DNA of 64,000 bases. It comes from Macrostomum lignano. Lineage: Eukaryota. Location: positions 617,393-681,392 of the forward strand of contig NIVC01000103.1 in assembly GCA_002269645.1 (NCBI GenBank). The letters are read 5' to 3'. Positions 22,705 to 35,761 of the stretch are shown in pieces (the first letter of the stretch is position 1; each line of letters starts with the position of its first letter). The notes under the pieces were generated by a model. The model searched no databases, had not been told where the DNA came from, and saw only the letters and a list, made by a program, of their open reading frames with translations. Position numbers and translations under genes: made by a program.

Positions 22705-25385
22705 GACCTGAAATGTTTTAATGCAAATTGTAATTCAAGAGTATGTATGTATGTATGTATGACTTCAATATTATACTATTAGACGTATTTATTCATACAG
22801 ATTCATACATATCTGAACACACATTTGTCCAAAAATGACACTTTGGATTTGTATGATATAATGAATAAACACTGATGTAAATCATTGTTATAAATTACTT
22901 TTGTACCTACCAAAACCAATACGTAGTAACTTTAAGCTTATTATGTATGCATTACTATTCTGATATATTTGTCTACTTTATAGCATATAAAAATGTGTGA
23001 GTGCAATGTATGTGAAAAAAGATTCAGTATTAATTATTATATTTTTATATATTTATATTTTATCTATTCTTTAATCCTTTCTCTTACCTTTCCTTTCTCT
23101 TATTGCCTATTCATTCTTCTTTCTACTCTTATCTGCCCCTCAGCCTTTATCTGGCTCTCTCTCATATACTCTCCCAGTTGTGCTCTTAAGGGACATAGTA
23201 CTCTCATAGTTGTTTCATTCTATGGCCTACTTGTTGACTGCTTTGATTGCATCATCTTTCTAGCCAATTTTTCAGTCTTGAGAAAAACTACATGTATACA
23301 TTTTTAGCTCCACAGTGCCACATATCTGATATTGTGGCTAACCTAGGGCTGATGCTTTAAAGTTTGTTTAATTAGTAACTAATCATATATATAAACCTTT
23401 GCCTAAGAAAATAATACAAGTCAATGAAATAGTCTTTTTAAAAATGAATGATTATTTAAAAGGACCCTAAACTAACAAGAATACAATCCACTTTGGTAAC
23501 AGCCACTTCGGTAAAGCAGATTTATGACTTTTAGCACTTTTTCTTTATGTTAATTTTTTAGTAACTATTAATTAAATTAATCATTAACTTGTTTAGTACT
23601 TTATTGCTGATTACCATTCAATTTTTTCTGATTAGGATATATTATACATGTAATTTGTTTCAACTTGAACAGATAGAATATATAACAGCGGAGACTTAGA
23701 GAGATCAATGAAAGTAATTAATGACAAATAAATTAAAGTAAATACTGAAATTTCACATTTCTAACTCAAAGTAATTCTAATTACACAATACTTTGGTAAT
23801 TACAAGTTTTATAGGTTGTATCATAACATATCTTGAGTATCAAGCGCACCTGGAAATTTAAATAGATTGATCAAAACACATTAAAACAATTTTATCATTG
23901 TTGGCTAAATCATTGTCTAGGCCTAAAACATTATTTTTTGTCTCAAAAACTATTTGAAATTATTTTTTAGAGCACATTAAGATACATATTGTTATATCTC
24001 CTCCCTTGTTACCAAAATGGACTGTTACCACTAACAATACATTAAATACAAGTGCTAAAAATCCTAGGAGCTAAAGTGGCTAAAATAAAGGAGAAAGTCT
24101 CAAAAATCTTCCAAATAAAGCCAGGAGATAAAGGAGATAAAGGAAGGTGTAGGCACCCTGCATTTATCCACTTATTCTATTGAATCAAATATACTAAATA
24201 TCTATACTAGGCCTATACTATTTTTGTATAGCATGTTCTCTAAGGGCTGCAGGGCAAAGCATTCAAAAAGGACAAAAAAGTGAAAAAAATTAATCATGAA
24301 TATCATGGAAGAATATAGATATAGCCTATAGACTATAGTGTATAGCCTTGCAAGGCTTGCAATTGCAATTTAGCCTTGCAATTTTAACCATAAGCTTATA
24401 GTTAAAATTGCCTTGGTTGACTTGCAATAGTTTTGGGCCACTTATTCATCTTGTTAATATTAGTGATAAGTCTTGGCCAGGGGGTGCATGACCAAGATGG
24501 CCACACACCAAGATGGCCACAGTTTATTAAAATGTCTAAATAGATAATATGATGCTCATTTCCTTATTATAATTGGTCACAATTGGTCTTAAGGTATGTC
24601 TGTGAGAGCTGTGTCTTATTTGCCCTATAACTATAAGCCAAGTTTTAACATGAAGATTAAATAAAGATCAAGATCCACTATTTGCAAACTCAATATTTTA
24701 AGTTAAAAAGGCAATAAATATATGCTCGAACAATTTAAACCCACCTGCAACTTGGCTAGATACTAAATTTTCCAAAAGGGCTTTCCAGACATGAGTCCAA
24801 AAATTGAAGTAAGCAGAAGCAAGTAACTGTATAATTATCCACGAAACTAAAAATGAAGTGTCTGTATGTATGCAAGTATATCTAATAGTAAGTAAGTAAG
24901 CTTGGCTCAGGCAAGAAGCCTGTTTGGCCAGTATATGTCAGTGTATTTATTATTAATAATAATTCAATAGATAAACTAGATATGAGCGGCTAATTCGGCA
25001 ATAATATAGTATTTGAAAGAGTGTTAATATTTTTTTCTACGAAACTTCAAACGATCTTTAACGATAAACCCGCCGCGGAAGCCATGCAAATTTCGCGACA
25101 GAATCCCCAAATCAGCATTTGAAGTTGCTTACTATCATTTTAAAGCTATCGCTGCTGTAGTAAGTACTTTAGTCACTTTTTGATGTATTAATTTCCATTG
25201 CCAATGAATGGGGCTCAAGAGTATACTAATAGTAGACTTGTTTTATAAACGATTAGAACATTTGTCCAAAAACGACACTTTTGATATTTTAATCCCAAAT
25301 GGATAAAAATGAAAATCATTGCTACGAAAACTATGATTAATGTGCATGAAAATACAAAATAGAATAAAAAAATACTATGAGATAT

Positions 25386-28300
25386 CTCAAATCGGCGCTG
25401 GAAAGCTCAAATTGGCGCGGAAAGCTCAAATTGGCGCCGAAAGTCAAATTTGGCGCCAGGATCACCAAATCGGCGCCAGTATCGCCAAATCAGCGCCGGA
25501 ATGCTGAAATCAGCGCTAAAAAGCCCGGACCAGCGATGGAAAGCTCAAATCGGCGCTGGAAAGCTCAAATTGGCGCGGAAAGCTCAAATTGGCGCCAAAA
25601 GTCAAATTTGGCGCCAGGATCACCAAATCGGCGCCAGTATCGCCAAATCAGCGCTGGAATGCTGAAATCAGCGCTAAAAAGCCCGGACCAGCGCTGGAAA
25701 GCTCAAATCGGCGCTGGAAAGCTCAAATTGGCGCGGGAAAGCTCAAATTGGCGCCGAAAGTCAAATTTGGCGCCAGGATCACCAAATTTGGCGCCAGTAT
25801 CGCCAAATCAGCGCCGGAATGCTGAAAACAGCGCTAAAAAGCCCGGACCAGCGCTGGAAAGCTCAAATTGGCGCGGAAAGCTTAAATTGGCGCCGAAAGC
25901 CAAATTTGGCGCCAGGATCACCAAATCGGCGCCAGTATCGCCAAATCAGCGCCGGAATGCTGAAAACAGCGCTAAAAAGCAGCCGGAAAGCTCCAGCGCT
26001 GGAAAGCTCAAATTGGCGCGGAAAGCTTAAATTGGCGCCGAAAGCCAAATTTGGCGCCAGGATCACCAAATCGGCGCCAGTATCGCCAAATCAGCGCCGG
26101 AATGCTGAAAACAGCGCTAAAAAGCCCGGACCAGCGCTGGAAAGCTCAAATCGGCGCTGGAAAGCTCAAATTGGCGCGGAAAGCTCAAATTGGCGCCGAA
26201 AGTCAAATTTGGCGCCAGGATCACCAAATCGGCGCCAGTATCGCCAAATCAGCGCCGGAATGCTGAAAACAGCGCTAAAAAGCCCGGACCAGCGCTGGAA
26301 AGCTCAAATTGGCGCGGAAAGCTCAAATTGGCGCCGAAAGTCAAATTTGGCGCCAGGATCACCAAATCGGCGCCAGTATCGCCAAATCAGCGCCGGAATG
26401 CTGAAAACAGCGCTAAAAAGCCCGGACCAGCGCTGGAAAGCTCAAATTGGCGCGGAAAGCTCAAATTGGCGCCGAAAGTCAAATTTGGCGCCAGGATCAC
26501 CAAATCGGCGCCAGTATCGCCAAATCAGCGCCGGAATGCTGAAAACAGCGCTAAAAAGCCCGGACCAGCGCTGGAAAGCTCAAATCGGCGCTGGAAAGCT
26601 CAAATTGGCGCGGAAAGCTCAAATTGGCGCCGAAAGTCAAATTTGGCGCCAGGATCACCAAATCGGCGCCAGTATCGCCAAATCAGCGCTGGAATGCTGA
26701 AAACAGCGCTAAAAAGCCCGGACCAGCGCTGGAAAGCTCAAATCGGCGCTGGAAAGCTCAAATTGGCGCGGAAAGCTCAAATTGGCGCCGAAAGTCAAAT
26801 TTGGCGCCAGGATCACCAAATCGGCGCCAGTATCGCCAAATCAGCGCCGGAATGCTGAAAACAGCGCTAAAAAGCCCGGACCAGCGGAGCTCAAAGCGCT
26901 GGAAAGCTCAAATTGGCGCGGAAAGCTCAAATTGGCGCCGAAAGTCAAATTTGGCGCCAGGATCACCAAATCGGCGCCAGTATCGCCAAATCAGCGCCGG
27001 AATGCTGAAAACAGCGCTAAAAAGCCCGGACCAGCGCTGGAAAGCTCAAATTGGCGCGGAAAGCTTAAATTGGCGCCGAAAGCCAAATTTGGCGCCAGGA
27101 TCACCAAATCGGCGCCAGTATCGCCAAATCAGCGCCGGAATGCTGAAAACAGCGCTAAAAAGCCCGGACCAGCGCTGGAAAGCTCAAATTGGCGCGGAAA
27201 GCTTAAATTGGCGCCGAAAGCCAAATTTGGCGCCAGGATCACCAAATCGGCGCCAGTATCGCCAAATCAGCGCCGGAATGCTGAAAACAGCGCTAAAAAG
27301 CCCGGACCAGCGCTGGAAAGCTCAAATTGGCGCGGAAAGCTTAAATTGGCGCCGAAAGCCAAATTTGGCGCCAGGATCACCAAATCGGCGCCAGTATCGC
27401 CAAATCAGCGCCGGAATGCTGAAAACAGCGCTAAAAAGCCCGGACCAGCGCTGGAAAGCTCAAATTGGCGCGGAAAGCTTAAATTGGCGCCGAAAGCCAA
27501 ATTTGGCGCCAGGATCACCAAATCGGCGCCAGTATCGCCAAATCAGCGCCGGAATGCTGAAAACAGCGCTAAAAAGCCCGGACCAGCGCTGGAAAGCTCA
27601 AATTGGCGCGGAAAGCTCAAATTGGCGCCGAAAGCCAAATTTGGCGCCAGGATCACCAAATCGGCGCCAGTATCGCCAAATCAGCGCCGGAATGCTGAAA
27701 ACAGCGCTAAAAAGCCCGGACCAGCGCTGGAAAGCTCAAATTGGCGCGGAAAGCTTAAATTGGCGCCGAAAGCCAAATTTGGCGCCAGGATCACCAAATC
27801 GGCGCCAGTATCGCCAAATCAGCGCCGGAATGCTGAAAACAGCGCTAAAAAGCCCGGACCAGCGCTGGAAAGCTCAAATCGGCGCTGGAAAGCTCAAATT
27901 GGCGCGGAAAGCTCAAATTGGCGCCGAAAGTCAAATTTGGCGCCAGGATCACCAAATCGGCGCCAGTATCGCCAAATCAGCGCCGGAATGCTGAAAACAG
28001 CGCTAAAAAGCCCGGACCAGCGCTGGAAAGCTCAAATCGGCGCTGGAAAGCTCAAATTGGCGCGGAAAGCTCAAATTGGCGCCGAAAGTCAAATTTGGCG
28101 CCAGGATCACCAAATCGGCGCCAGTATCGCCAAATCAGCGCGGAATGCTGAAAACAGCGCTAAAAAGCCCGGACCAGCGCTGGAAAGCTCAAATTGGCGC
28201 GGAAAGCTTAAATTGGCGCCGAAAGCCAAATTTGGCGCCAGGATCACCAAATCGGCGCCAGTATCGCCAAATCAGCGCCGGAATGCTGAAAACAGCGCTA

Positions 28301-31028
28301 AAAAGCCCGGACCAGCGCTGGAAAGCTCAAATTGGCGCGGAAAGCTTAAATTGGCGCCGAAAGCCAAATTTGGCGCCAGGATCACCAAATCGGCGCCAGT
28401 ATCGCCAAATCAGCGCCGGAATGCTGAAAACAGCGCTAAAAAGCCCGGACCAGCGCTGGAAAGCTCAAATCGGCGCTGGAAAGCTCAAATTGGCGCGGAA
28501 AGCTCAAATTGGCGCCGAAAGCCAAATTTGGCGCCAGGATCACCAAATCGGCGCCAGTATCGCCAAATCAGCGCTGGAATGCTGAAATCAGCGCTAAAAA
28601 GCCCGGACCAGCGCTGGAAAGCTCAAATCGGCGCTGGAAAGCTCAAATTGGCGCGGAAAGCTCAAATTGGCGCCGAAAGTCAAATTTGGCGCCAGGATCA
28701 CCAAATCGGCGCCAGTATCGCCAAATCAGCGCTGGAATGCTGAAACAGCGCTAAAAAGCCCGGACCAGCGCTGGAAAGCTCAAATCGGCGCTGGAAAGCT
28801 CAAATTGGCGCGGAAAGCTCAAATTGGCGCCGAAAGTCAAATTTGGCGCCAGGATCACCAAATCGGCGCCAGTATCGCCAAATCAGCGCCGGAATGCTGA
28901 AAACAGCGCTAAAAAGCCCGGACCAGCGCTGGAAAGCTCAAATTGGCGCGGAAAGCTAAATTGGCGCCAAAAGCCAAATTTGGCGCCAGGATCACCAAAT
29001 CGGCGCCAGTATCGCCAAATCAGCGCCGGAATGCTGAAAACAGCGCTAAAAAGCCCGGACCAGCGCTGGAAAGCTCAAATTGGCGCGGAAAGCTCAAATT
29101 GGCGCCGAAAGCCAAATTTGGCGCCAGGATCACAAATCGGCGCCAGTATCGCCAAATCAGCGCCGGAATGCTGAAAACAGCGCTAAAAAGCCCGGACCAG
29201 CGCTGGAAAGCTCAAATCGGCGCTGGAAAGCTCAAATTGGCGCGGAAAGCTCAAATTGGCGCCGAAAGTCAAATTTGGCGCCAGGATCACCAAATCGGCG
29301 CCAGTATCGCCAAATCAGCGCTGGAATGCTGAAATCAGCGCTAAAAAGCCCGGACCAGCGCTGGAAAGCTCAAATCGGCGCTGGAAAGCTCAAATTGGCG
29401 CGGAAAGCTCAAATTGGCGCCGAAAGTCAAATTTGGCGCCAGGATCACCAAATCAGCGCCGGAATGCTGAAAACAGCGCTAAAAAGCCCGGACCAGCGCT
29501 GGAAAGCTCAAATCGGCGCTGGAAAGCTCAAATTGGCGCGGAAAGCTCAAATTGGCGCCGAAAGTCAAATTTGGCGCCAGGATCACCAAATCGGCGCCAG
29601 GATCCCTTAATCAGCGCTGGAATGCTGAAATCAGCGCTAAAAAGCCCGGACCAGCGCTGGAAAGCTCAAATCGGCGCTGGAAAGCTCAAATTGGCGCGGA
29701 AAGCTCAAATTGGCGCCGAAAGTCAAATTTGGCGCCAGGATCACCAAATCGGCGCCAGTATCGCCAAATCAGCGCCGGAATGCTGAAATCAGCGCTAAAA
29801 AGCCCGGACCAGCGCTGGAAAGCTCAAATCGGCGCTGGAAAGCTCAAATTGGCGCGGAAAGCTCAAATTGGCGCCGAAAGTCAAATTTGGCGCCAGGATC
29901 ACCAAATCGGCGCCAGTATCGCCAAATCAGCGCCGGAATGCTGAAAACAGCGCTAAAAAGCCCGGACCAGCGCTGGAAAGCTCAAATCGGCGCTGGAAAG
30001 CTCAAATTGGCGCGGGAAAGCTCAAATTGGCGCCGAAAGTCAAATTTGGCGCCAGGATCACCAAATTTGGCGCCAGTATCGCCAAATCAGCGCCGGAATG
30101 CTGAAAACAGCGCTAAAAAGCCCGGACCAGCGCTGGAAAGCTCAAATCGGCGCTGGAAAGCTCAAATTGGCGCGGAAAGCTCAAATTGGCGCGAACGTCA
30201 AATTTGGCGCCAGGATCACCAAATCGGCGCCAGGATCCCTTAATCAGCGCTGGAATGCTGAAATCAGCGCTAAAAAGCCCGGACCAGCGCTGGAAAGCTC
30301 AAATCGGCGCTGGAAAGCTCAAATTGGCGCGGGAAAGCTCAAATTGGCGCCGAAAGTCAAATTTGGCGCCAGGATCACCAAATCGGCGCCAGTATCGCCA
30401 AATCAGCGCCGGAATGCTGAAAACAGCGCCAAAAAGCCCGGACCAGCGCTGGAAAGCTCAAATCGGCGCTGGAAAGCTCAAATTGGCGCGGGAAAGCTCA
30501 AATTGGCGCCGAAAGTCAAATTTGGCGCCAGTATCGCCAAATCAGCGCCGGAATGCTGAAAACAGCGCTAAAAAGCCCGGACCAGCGCTGGAAAGCTCAA
30601 ATCGGCGCTGGAAAGCTCAAATTGGCGCGGAAAGCTCAAATTGGCGCCGAAAGTCAAATTTGGCGCCAGGATCACCAAATCGGCGCCAGGATCCCTTAAT
30701 CAGCGCTGGAATGCTGAAATCAGCGCTAAAAAGCCCGGACCAGCGCTGGAAAGCTCAAATCGGCGCTGGAAAGCTCAAATTGGCGCGGAAAGCTCAAATT
30801 GGCGCCGAAAGTCAAATTTGGCGCTAGGATCACCAAATCGGCGCCAGTATCGCCAAATCAGCGCCGGAATGCTGAAAACAGCGCTAAAAAGCCCGGACCA
30901 GCGCTGGAAAGCTCAAATCGGCGCTGGAAAGCTCAAATTGGCGCGGAAAGCTCAAATTGGCGCCGAAAGTCAAATTTGGCGCCAGGATCACCAAATCGGC
31001 GCCAGGATCCCTTAATCAGCGCTGGAAT
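25386..31028. repeat. GC-rich satellite with 139/158-bp units built from ~19-20-bp subunits (aaagctcaaattggcgc core), ~37 units
   Basis: ORF starts step by 158 (27918-28076, 29552-29710-29868). The 139-bp variant lacks one 19-bp subunit. Confidence 0.98.
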
Positions 31029-31293
31029 GTGCCAACGGGCGTAGAAGTGGCAGCATATATCAGCTTGCTACTTTTGGGCGCCAATTTTAATTTACCGGCG
31101 CCAATTTTAGCCTTTCGGCGCCCATTTTAGCGCCCTGGCAAGGTCATTGCATTTAGTTCTCACGCAATGGAGCCGAAAAAAGAGTTTTTTTTCTTTTTTG
31201 AATTAGTGCCATGTATCTTGACAACCAATGCGAGTCAAGTTCTGGCGTCTGCTTCTCCACAGCCCCGTAATGGCATATCCTAATAATTGTGGG

Positions 31294-31695
31294 CTGGCCC
31301 GCGCTAAGGGAGCCCACCCCACCGTGGGGCGGACCCCGCTAACGGGCTATTTTTAGCGTGGGATGGGCTCCGCTAACGGGCGGCCATAAACTGAAAACGA
31401 AACGCGTTCTGGGAGTTTTTTAAATTTGGAAGAGTTGGGAAAGACAAAGAGCCGTCTTCATCCAGCATACATTAATATACGAGAAATGAGTCACGGATGT
31501 GCAGCGTTTTCAGCTAGCTTCATTGCTAGTACAGTGCTAGTACGCTAGTGCGCACTACCGTCCACACTCACCCCACACCCACCCCTCTCCGCTTGTGGGC
31601 TGGCTTCCGCTAAGGGAGCCCATCCCACCGTGGGCTGGGTACCGTTAGCGGGCTATTTTTTGCGTGGGATGGGTCCCGCTAGCGGGAAGCCGTTA
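31294..31695. repeat. Pair of ~95-bp diverged GC-rich direct repeats (31294-31385, ~31595-31695)
   Basis: tgtgggctggc..cgctaagggagccca.cccaccgtggg...cgggctattttt.gcgtgggatggg.. occurs twice; the first copy is also at ~48535-48630. Confidence 0.8.
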
Positions 31696-32557
31696 GGTGT
31701 CGTTTTAGCTGCAAGGAATTGCAATCTTTCAATACTTAACGCGTTTCATTCAACTAATAGTATCCGACTTTTCAATACCTATCATTTATTAAACTATAAT
31801 TGAATCAGTTTAACCTTAAGGTTCAGAGATTTTTAATCCTAAGCTTTTTATCTTTATTTTATCCCAAAGGTAAGCAAACGTGGCCGGTTGGTCCTAAATT
31901 GCATTGTACTCATTATATTTTCTTTTATTATGTCTAGCTTAGCTTAGAATTGCATTATGCTACGAATCTATAGTCTTTTATGCTCCTAAATTTAGTGGAA
32001 ATTTGGTCAAAGAAGAATAATACAGGCACAAGAAGCGAGGCACATTTTCGTTCTGAACGTTTTTATAGCAAAATAAGGTATACCAAACGAGTTATTGATA
32101 AGTGATAGACAGACCAATTTCCAATTTCCAATTTCCTAATTCACAAAGTGCTGTTTTTCTAATTTGTGGATGTCTGATAAAGGCATAAAATCAATCGCCT
32201 CTGTACTTGTATTTGTCATTTAATATATACTGCATCCGTTTGTAAATATTATGCGAAAAAGACAGAGAAAATAAGTTTTGAATTTCAACACGAAGTTAAA
32301 ACAAACTAAAAATTTAAACAAAATTCAAATTGACGCGAAAATTAAAAATCTCACATTCGTTAAATTCAAAATTAAAAAATTAATTTACTCGTACGATCAA
32401 AGGACACTGGACACTAGGTTGCTATCTACATGCGATAGCAATTCCACTTTAACTTATGGGCTTTGCCCTTATTTTGTTCACTGCATAGATTTTTGTGTAG
32501 ATCTAGTCTTATCTCTCTTAAGAGTCATGTCTATGAGAGTTATATTTTAACGTTGTA

Positions 32558-32781
32558 CACCTTTTCACGTTCAATTTTGAACAAAGTCCAGTTCTAAAAA
32601 AACTAGCGGAAATTCAATTCAGACAATTTAGACTGGGGACAATTTTGTCTATGGCTAAACCTCGCTTCCGTAGCAGAATGTTTTGAACTGGGTTTTGTTG
32701 CCCCAGTCTGAATTGTCTGAATTGAATTTCCGCTAGTTTTTTTAGAACTGGACTTTGTTCAAAATTGAACGTGAAAAGGTG
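32558..32781. mobile_element. 224-bp MITE with ~80-bp terminal inverted repeats, flanked by TA (Tc1/mariner-type, tentative)
   Basis: caccttttcacgttcaattttgaacaaagtccagttc...agactgggg is mirrored with one mismatch at the right end. Flanks read TA|CACC...GGTG|TA; alternatively a GTAC target. Confidence 0.85.
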
Positions 32782-33054
32782 TACTAGTAGTTAGTTTATG
32801 GTACTCGCGCATTAATTTTGTATAGTAGTTTTATGCGATGGAAAATATTTATTGTCTGTGTCTTTGTGGTGTTACCGTTTTTATTAACCTAAATATTGGG
32901 CTATCTGACTAGAAATTTGTTTTTCTTTTTAATTCATACACGCGATAATTTTTCAGAAGTTTTTAACTTCAGAAATTGACGAGCAGGCGTGCATGCACGG
33001 GATTATTTTGACTAGTAAATAAACGAAATAAATACACATATTTATTTGGCGCTT

Positions 33055-33616
33055 GACCTAGATGGCCACATACCAAGATGGCCGCAGCCCTAAATGTATA
33101 AATAGATAATCATTTTTTGTTGGTATTAATCTGTATTAGATATACATCATATAGATAGATCTTTCAGTCTTGAGAAATAGATGCTATAATAGAATTATTT
33201 TGAATTAAGAACATTCCTTTTGCTTTAGCTTTTATTATAGCCTGACCTATATATATTTATCTACTAAGTAAAGCATGCAACCTAGCACAAAATACATACC
33301 TTGTTGCATTTATATCCTTTTTTGAATAGCATTACTAGTAGCAATGGTTTCTTAATAAACTAATACTAATGGTGATAGATAGATTTGACCAATGCAATGA
33401 TAGGGAATAAATTGGCATAAACACAGAAAAAGATTTTATTTTTTTATTATAGGTAATTAGTTTCAAGTTGATTTTTGGAGTCTACCTGAGCCTACCATTA
33501 GTATTAAACATATTAGTTAATATTACAATAGCTATTGAGTTGCTAATTGATGGTACAGAGGAAAAGAATAGAGAGATTCAATGCTGTGGCTATCTTGGTG
33601 TGTGACCATCTTGGTC
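33055..33616. mobile_element. ~560-bp putative non-autonomous element with ~33-bp imperfect TIRs containing tandem CCAAGATGGCC motifs
   Basis: gacctagatggccacataccaagatggccgcag (33055-) pairs with ctgtggctatcttggtgtgtgaccatcttggtc (-33616). A solo copy of the same end lies at 24490-24522. Confidence 0.55.
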
Positions 33617-35761
33617 TTACAACATTTATTTTTGTGGTTCTTGGTGCCTATTACTTTTAGTTGAAACGTCAGCTTTAGTATTAGGAGATGGTTTCAAAGA
33701 CTCCTTACTTTAGCAGTAGTTTATAGCAATGGATAAGACCAAGCTAGCGACACACTAAGACAGCCACTGGCTCACAGATAAGATTTTCTAAAATATTCAA
33801 TGGATAATCAACAATAAAGTGCTTTTTCAGTTATTATTACAGATGTTAGTACTACGAGTATATGTTTCATTGCTTTTCTTATGCAGGCCAATTTGACAGT
33901 TGACTACTTCAGCTTTAAAATAATAATTAGAAGTAATTGATTTATAAAGGTGTAGTTTATTATGCCAAATAGGTGAAAGTTAAATGTACAAATTACAATA
34001 TTATATTTATAATTAAAACTAAAGCAAATAAAAAATTTGCCTTCTTCAAACCAACATACCTGTCATGAGTTAAAAAAAATGAGACTAGCTTGTTTTAAAT
34101 AAAATTTAAAACTTAAGTTGAAGTTGCAGCTGTCCTGGTATGTAACTGTCTTAGTCATGTACCCTACGGAACTGTCTAAATAAATTTCAAGATTTTTATA
34201 TGGTCCTACACCTCTGAATAGAAAATCAAACCCATGGCAATGCCACGATACCATACTAGAAGTAAAAAATCAGCTAAGATTTTATGCCAAGCAACACATC
34301 AATCTGTAAACTGTATCCTTTAGAGGCACCAACAGGCTCAATCAAAAGGCTTCAATAGAACATAATAGAACATTTTGTATAAAGCTGAGCTAGGCATAGG
34401 CCAGGCAATCAAACTATCTAAGATTGAAAAAAGACAATAATCATATAATTAAATTATGTCAGCAAAATTGCCTTTCGATGGCAATTTTTCAAACTACAGA
34501 TTGTCATTGCAAATGTCATTAATTTTTTAAACTTCTTAAGTACCTATGGTAGGTGTGGATTTAGGTATCTGCCCCCACTGCTATAGTTTGTCAAACTTAA
34601 TCTACTCGTACTTGTCACACAAATGGTACTTTTTTATTTTTATAGCAAAATGGCAGCTTTCTGGCGCTATGTGGCACTTTTGGTTTTGGTACCAGTTTAG
34701 ACCCTGCTGCTGCCCCCCCCCAAGCAGAAATCCTTGATCTGCAACTGACATATGCATTCAAAATAGTAGAAAGATTCCAATCAATTTCCAAGTTTAAAAA
34801 AGGATTACATTATATTGGCGCTTCAACAATAATTTTTTTAGATGGTTGGAAATCCTTCGCATCAGTTTCTTCGTGAAGAACATGCTGGCAGTAAGTATTT
34901 TATACATGTGATTTGATTAAGCTTTTAAGTGCTCATCCCAATGGGAACAAATCCTCATAAGAGACAAAAGATTTTTTTGTCACAAACCTGATTGCACAGA
35001 GGCCATCTTAACAGTAGAACTACTAAGTACCAAAGGGATATTTTCCTCAACAACAAAAATTTTCCTGCATTGCTCCATTTTGGCACAGCAAAAGAAATTG
35101 TCTGGGTAGGGGAAATCCCCCTGAACCTATAGCTCCTTTTTGGCTGCTGGTGTGCTGAAATTGAACTCAATTGGTTGCATTGAACAGCATTCCTAAGTAC
35201 TATCTTTTAATATTAATTGAACCAGTGTGCAATGCTGTTGTTTAACTTATTACGGCCTGCCAAGCCTACTGGCTGATAATGACACTTTTCTGAAACCTCT
35301 ACAACTGAGCTCTACTGTTTTAAACTCTATGTTATGATCATTAAATAAGGAAGAAATTGAAGCGCAAGATTTTTAATCCAGACACAAGTGTAACCTCGAT
35401 TCGTCATTTTCAGGTTTTATTAAATATTTATTTCCAAGCAGTAATATGATCTGCTTAGATAAAACGACAGATGCTACTTAAATCAGCGTTAGTAGTATTT
35501 AAGCAGTACTAGAATAGCTTATTTAAAAACTGTCTATCTAGTGTCTGTCTCAGTCTCCGGTAGAGGTTTCAGAAAACTGTCATAATCAGTCAGTAGGCTT
35601 GGCAGGTTGTAATCAGTCTGCCTCAGCCTCTCTTAGTGTCTCAGTGTCTGTCCTAGTGTCTGCCTCAGTGTCTGTCTCACAGTCTCAGCGGTTGTCTCAG
35701 TGTCTGTCCGTCATACTTACCATATGCATTCTTAACTATGTAGTCTTACCTTCTATTTCAG

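Noticed and set aside
15897-22780. Candidate TIR pair for the KDZ cassette (taatgattgagtcataca at ~15900 vs tgtatgacttcaatatta at ~22755)
   Set aside because: Only ~17 AT-rich bases with two indels and no TSD, so chance is likely. The true element ends remain undefined.
22823-25290. Short direct similarity catttgtccaaaaa(t/c)gacactt at ~22823 and ~25260
   Set aside because: Real, but short and decayed. I could not tie it to an element boundary or function.
16000-25300. A TET/JBP dioxygenase, Ulp1 protease, SWIM or SAP domain as expected cargo of KDZ elements
   Set aside because: No HxD...H 2OG-Fe motif ORF or protease triad was recognised in or near the cassette.
25377-31044. Many Lys/Ala/Arg-rich ORFs up to 653 aa
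   Set aside because: They are products of the 139/158-bp satellite; frames swap with unit-length variants.
34760-35170. Possible minus-strand coding remnant
   Set aside because: All frames are interrupted by stops and no recognisable motif is present.
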